NCBI GenBank assembly: GCA_051453625.1
Contig: JBOZIK010000001.1
Location: 49,404,588 to 49,468,071 of the forward strand
DNA length: 63,484 bases
Source: Welwitschia mirabilis
Taxonomy: Eukaryota
Reading direction: 5' to 3'
The position numbers and the translations under genes are program-made. Below the pieces are notes generated by a model. It saw only the letters and a program-made list of their open reading frames with translations. It searched no databases and had not been told where the DNA came from. The number at the start of each line of letters is the position of its first letter. Positions within the stretch are counted from its first letter, which is position 1. Below, one piece after another: positions 61,000 through 63,484 of this stretch.

Positions 61000-63484
61000 T
61001 GTTGAGTAAGGGTCCATTTCAATGATGAACAATAGAACCCATCCCAAAACTCAGTTTCAGTTCAAGAACATGACATGNNNNNNNNNNNNNNNNNNNNNNN
61101 NNNNNNNNNCTTAAGGATCATCCATCATTTTATCTAGAACGCCCAAACCTGAGTGCAACTAAATGTACTGGGACATCCAGTCTCTTATCCCTATGTTGTC
61201 TTTTATACTAGGACGTCTGACCTCTCAATCTGGGATGTCCGGGCCTGTAATTTGTTTTTTGTATGGGGAAGTCCGAGCATCTTATCTGGGATGTTCGACC
61301 CCTGTCTCAGTTTTCTGTCAAAGAATATATAAAAAATGGGATGCTCGGTAATTTATCTTGGGATGTTTGGCCAACTATCTGTTGACGCACAGAAATAACT
61401 TAAGATGACCATTATGCACTCTATTCAAGGCGCAAACAGCTAAGGAAGGGAATGCAATGGCACTCTATTCTATGCAAGGCGCCTTTAGGATTTTTGTTTA
61501 ATGAAAAACTATATAAGTTCAAATCTAAGAGGTTTGTAAAGCTACTAAACTGTGAAAATCATAAGATGTATATACTTGAATTAGAATTCCTGTGTGAATT
61601 GCACCTGATCTAAACTCTTATATTCTTCCTTCTCTGATTATACTCCTTGTTGATGAATCAAAGCTCATAGCCTCATACATCATCAGATTTCTTCAATGCA
61701 TTTTTGGATTGCTCAAAGAGGAGCAAGCTTTGTAATTGTAGCCCTAGCAAAGGGTGATTGTGCTATTGCACCTTGTTGATTAAAGGAACCAAAAGGCTGA
61801 AGGCTTGTGTTGCCTCTTGTGAGTGGAGTAGGCTTAGAGAGCCAAATCACTATAAATCAATGGTCTCTTTTTGCGTCATCTTTAATTTCTGGTTATCGTA
61901 ATTGTTTGATCTATTCAAATTATCTTCATTCTTAGTCAAATTTTAAAAACCCTATTCATGCCCTTTCTAAGGTGTTTTTGCAATCCTAACAATTGGTGTC
62001 AGAGCCTGGTTGCTCTAGATTAGGGTTTCTTTGTCTATTATTGTGTGATTACAAATCAAATGGCTTCTTCAAACTTTTCAGAAGGTCAATATATCTCCAA
62101 ACCACCGTTGTTCTCAGGATCTAACTATGCCTATTGGAAAACCAAGATGACAATCTTTTTACAATCCCTGGATTGTGAGATTTGGGAAACTATTGAAGTA
62201 GGCTATGTTGTTCCTATGAGAGTGGTTGGTAGTAAGACCATTTTAAGGCCAAGAAATGCATGGAATCAGGACGACAAACGGGCTGCTTAAATGAATGCTA
62301 AGGCTATGAACGCCTTGATATGTGCCTTATCCTCAAAAGGATACAACAGGGTGGTTCAATGCATAACAGCTCAAGAAATATGGGAGACCTTAAGAGTTGG
62401 TCATAAAGGGATAAATGTTGTGAAAAATGCCAAACTACAAATGCGAGCAACTCAGTTTGAAAACATAAAGATGAAAGATTCAAAAATAGTAGCAGAATAC
62501 ACTTCAAAGATAAATGACATCATGAATGGCATGTGGGGGCTAAGCGAAGCTGTACCTCAGAATCGAGTTGTAAGAAAAATTCTTAGAAGTCTCACAAAGA
62601 AATTCAGACCCAAGATCACTGCCATTGAGGAGAGTAAAGTTATTAATCTCATCAAAGTTGAAGAACTGAAAGGTTCACTCATGGCATATAAGGCCTTTCT
62701 ACAGACAGAAGAGAATCCTCCAAAATGAAAAAACATAGCTTTTAAAGTTGAATCAGATGCGGATGAAGACTCTCAATCAAGTGAGGATCTTAAAGATGAT
62801 GATTTAGCTCTCTTAGCAAAAAACTTCAAGAGGTTTCTCAAGAAGAAGGAAGGAAGATCTTCTCGGCAACCCTTCGAAAGAGGTATGGACAAAGGTTAGA
62901 ATTCTTCTAATTCAATACAATGTTATGAATGCAAAGGATTTAGTCACATTGCTTCAGAATGCGCAAACAAACAGAGGACAAGTCCTCCAAATCAAAAGTG
63001 AAGAAAGCCCTGAAAGTTAGATGGGATGAAGATGATGCTAGTTCTCCTTCAAGCGATGAAGAGGGCTGCATTAATTTTGGTCTTATCTCCTTAGCCGAAG
63101 ACGTAAGTAATTTTGTTAATTTAGACTCATCAATTGATTTATCCGAGGTATGTGATTATGAAAGTGATGATGATAATAATGATGATTTATCTAACACCAA
63201 TGAGAAGTTATATCATGTTAGTCTAGACCCTAGAAAGAAAAAGTTTTATCTTAAAAACCAGGTGGGTGATCTAGAAGGGAAACTAAAAGAGGCTTCCTAA
63301 AGATAGAATCTCTTCAGAAAGATCTAGCCCACGCACAAGGAACAGCTAAACGTCTTGCTAATGGGAAGGAGAATCTAGATCGTCTACTAGGATTGGGAAG
63401 GAGACCAAATGACAAATCAGGTATTGGATCAACTTTTAGTATGTTGCCTCCAAAAGTTTTTCTGTTCGAGTGTTAAATATCGCT
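61000..63484 (+). mobile_element. Second Sirevirus element (5' LTR, PBS, gag) inserted into the RT of the first; runs off the window end
   Basis: TGTTGAG at 61000 truncates the minus-strand RT (FGLQIKK). LTR motifs gagtggagtagg...aatcactataaa (~61821-61856) and ccctattcatgccctttctaagg. The LTR ends cctaaca at 61991, followed by PBS tggtgtcagagcc (~61994-62006). Confidence 0.85.
62060..63484 (+). pseudogene. Sirevirus gag pseudogene
   Basis: MASSNFSEGQYISKPPLFSGSNYAYWKTKMTIFLQS, NAKAMNALICAL, VVRKILRSL..F.PKITAIEES, and the zinc knuckle CYECKGFSHIASEC at ~62921. In-frame stops at 62288, 62726 and ~62898. Confidence 0.9.

Overview
This is AT-rich, strongly CpG-depleted nuclear DNA from a draft land-plant assembly with many N gaps. 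It is almost entirely old, nested transposon debris: Ty3/Gypsy Athila-like elements, Ty1/Copia elements (Tork-like, Ivana/Ale-like and two Sirevirus-like), L1-type and RTEX/RTE-like LINEs, and a TRIM array. The only intact host gene I can support is a single-exon CLE (CLAVATA3/ESR-related) peptide gene at 35158-35424 (+), ending in RHIPAGPNPLHN, in a small CpG-rich island. Its upstream region is tandemly triplicated (~400-480 bp units) with CpG retention rising toward the gene, and its putative 5' leader holds several uORFs, one overlapping the start codon (TAATG). Also notable are a decayed fragment of the RNA polymerase II largest-subunit gene (NRPB1), a composite TRIM insertion that seems to carry a piece of another Copia element, and a three-level nested Copia/Sirevirus stack. 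All calls come from by-eye motif recognition and manual alignment. Boundaries of old elements are approximate, and no database searches were run.
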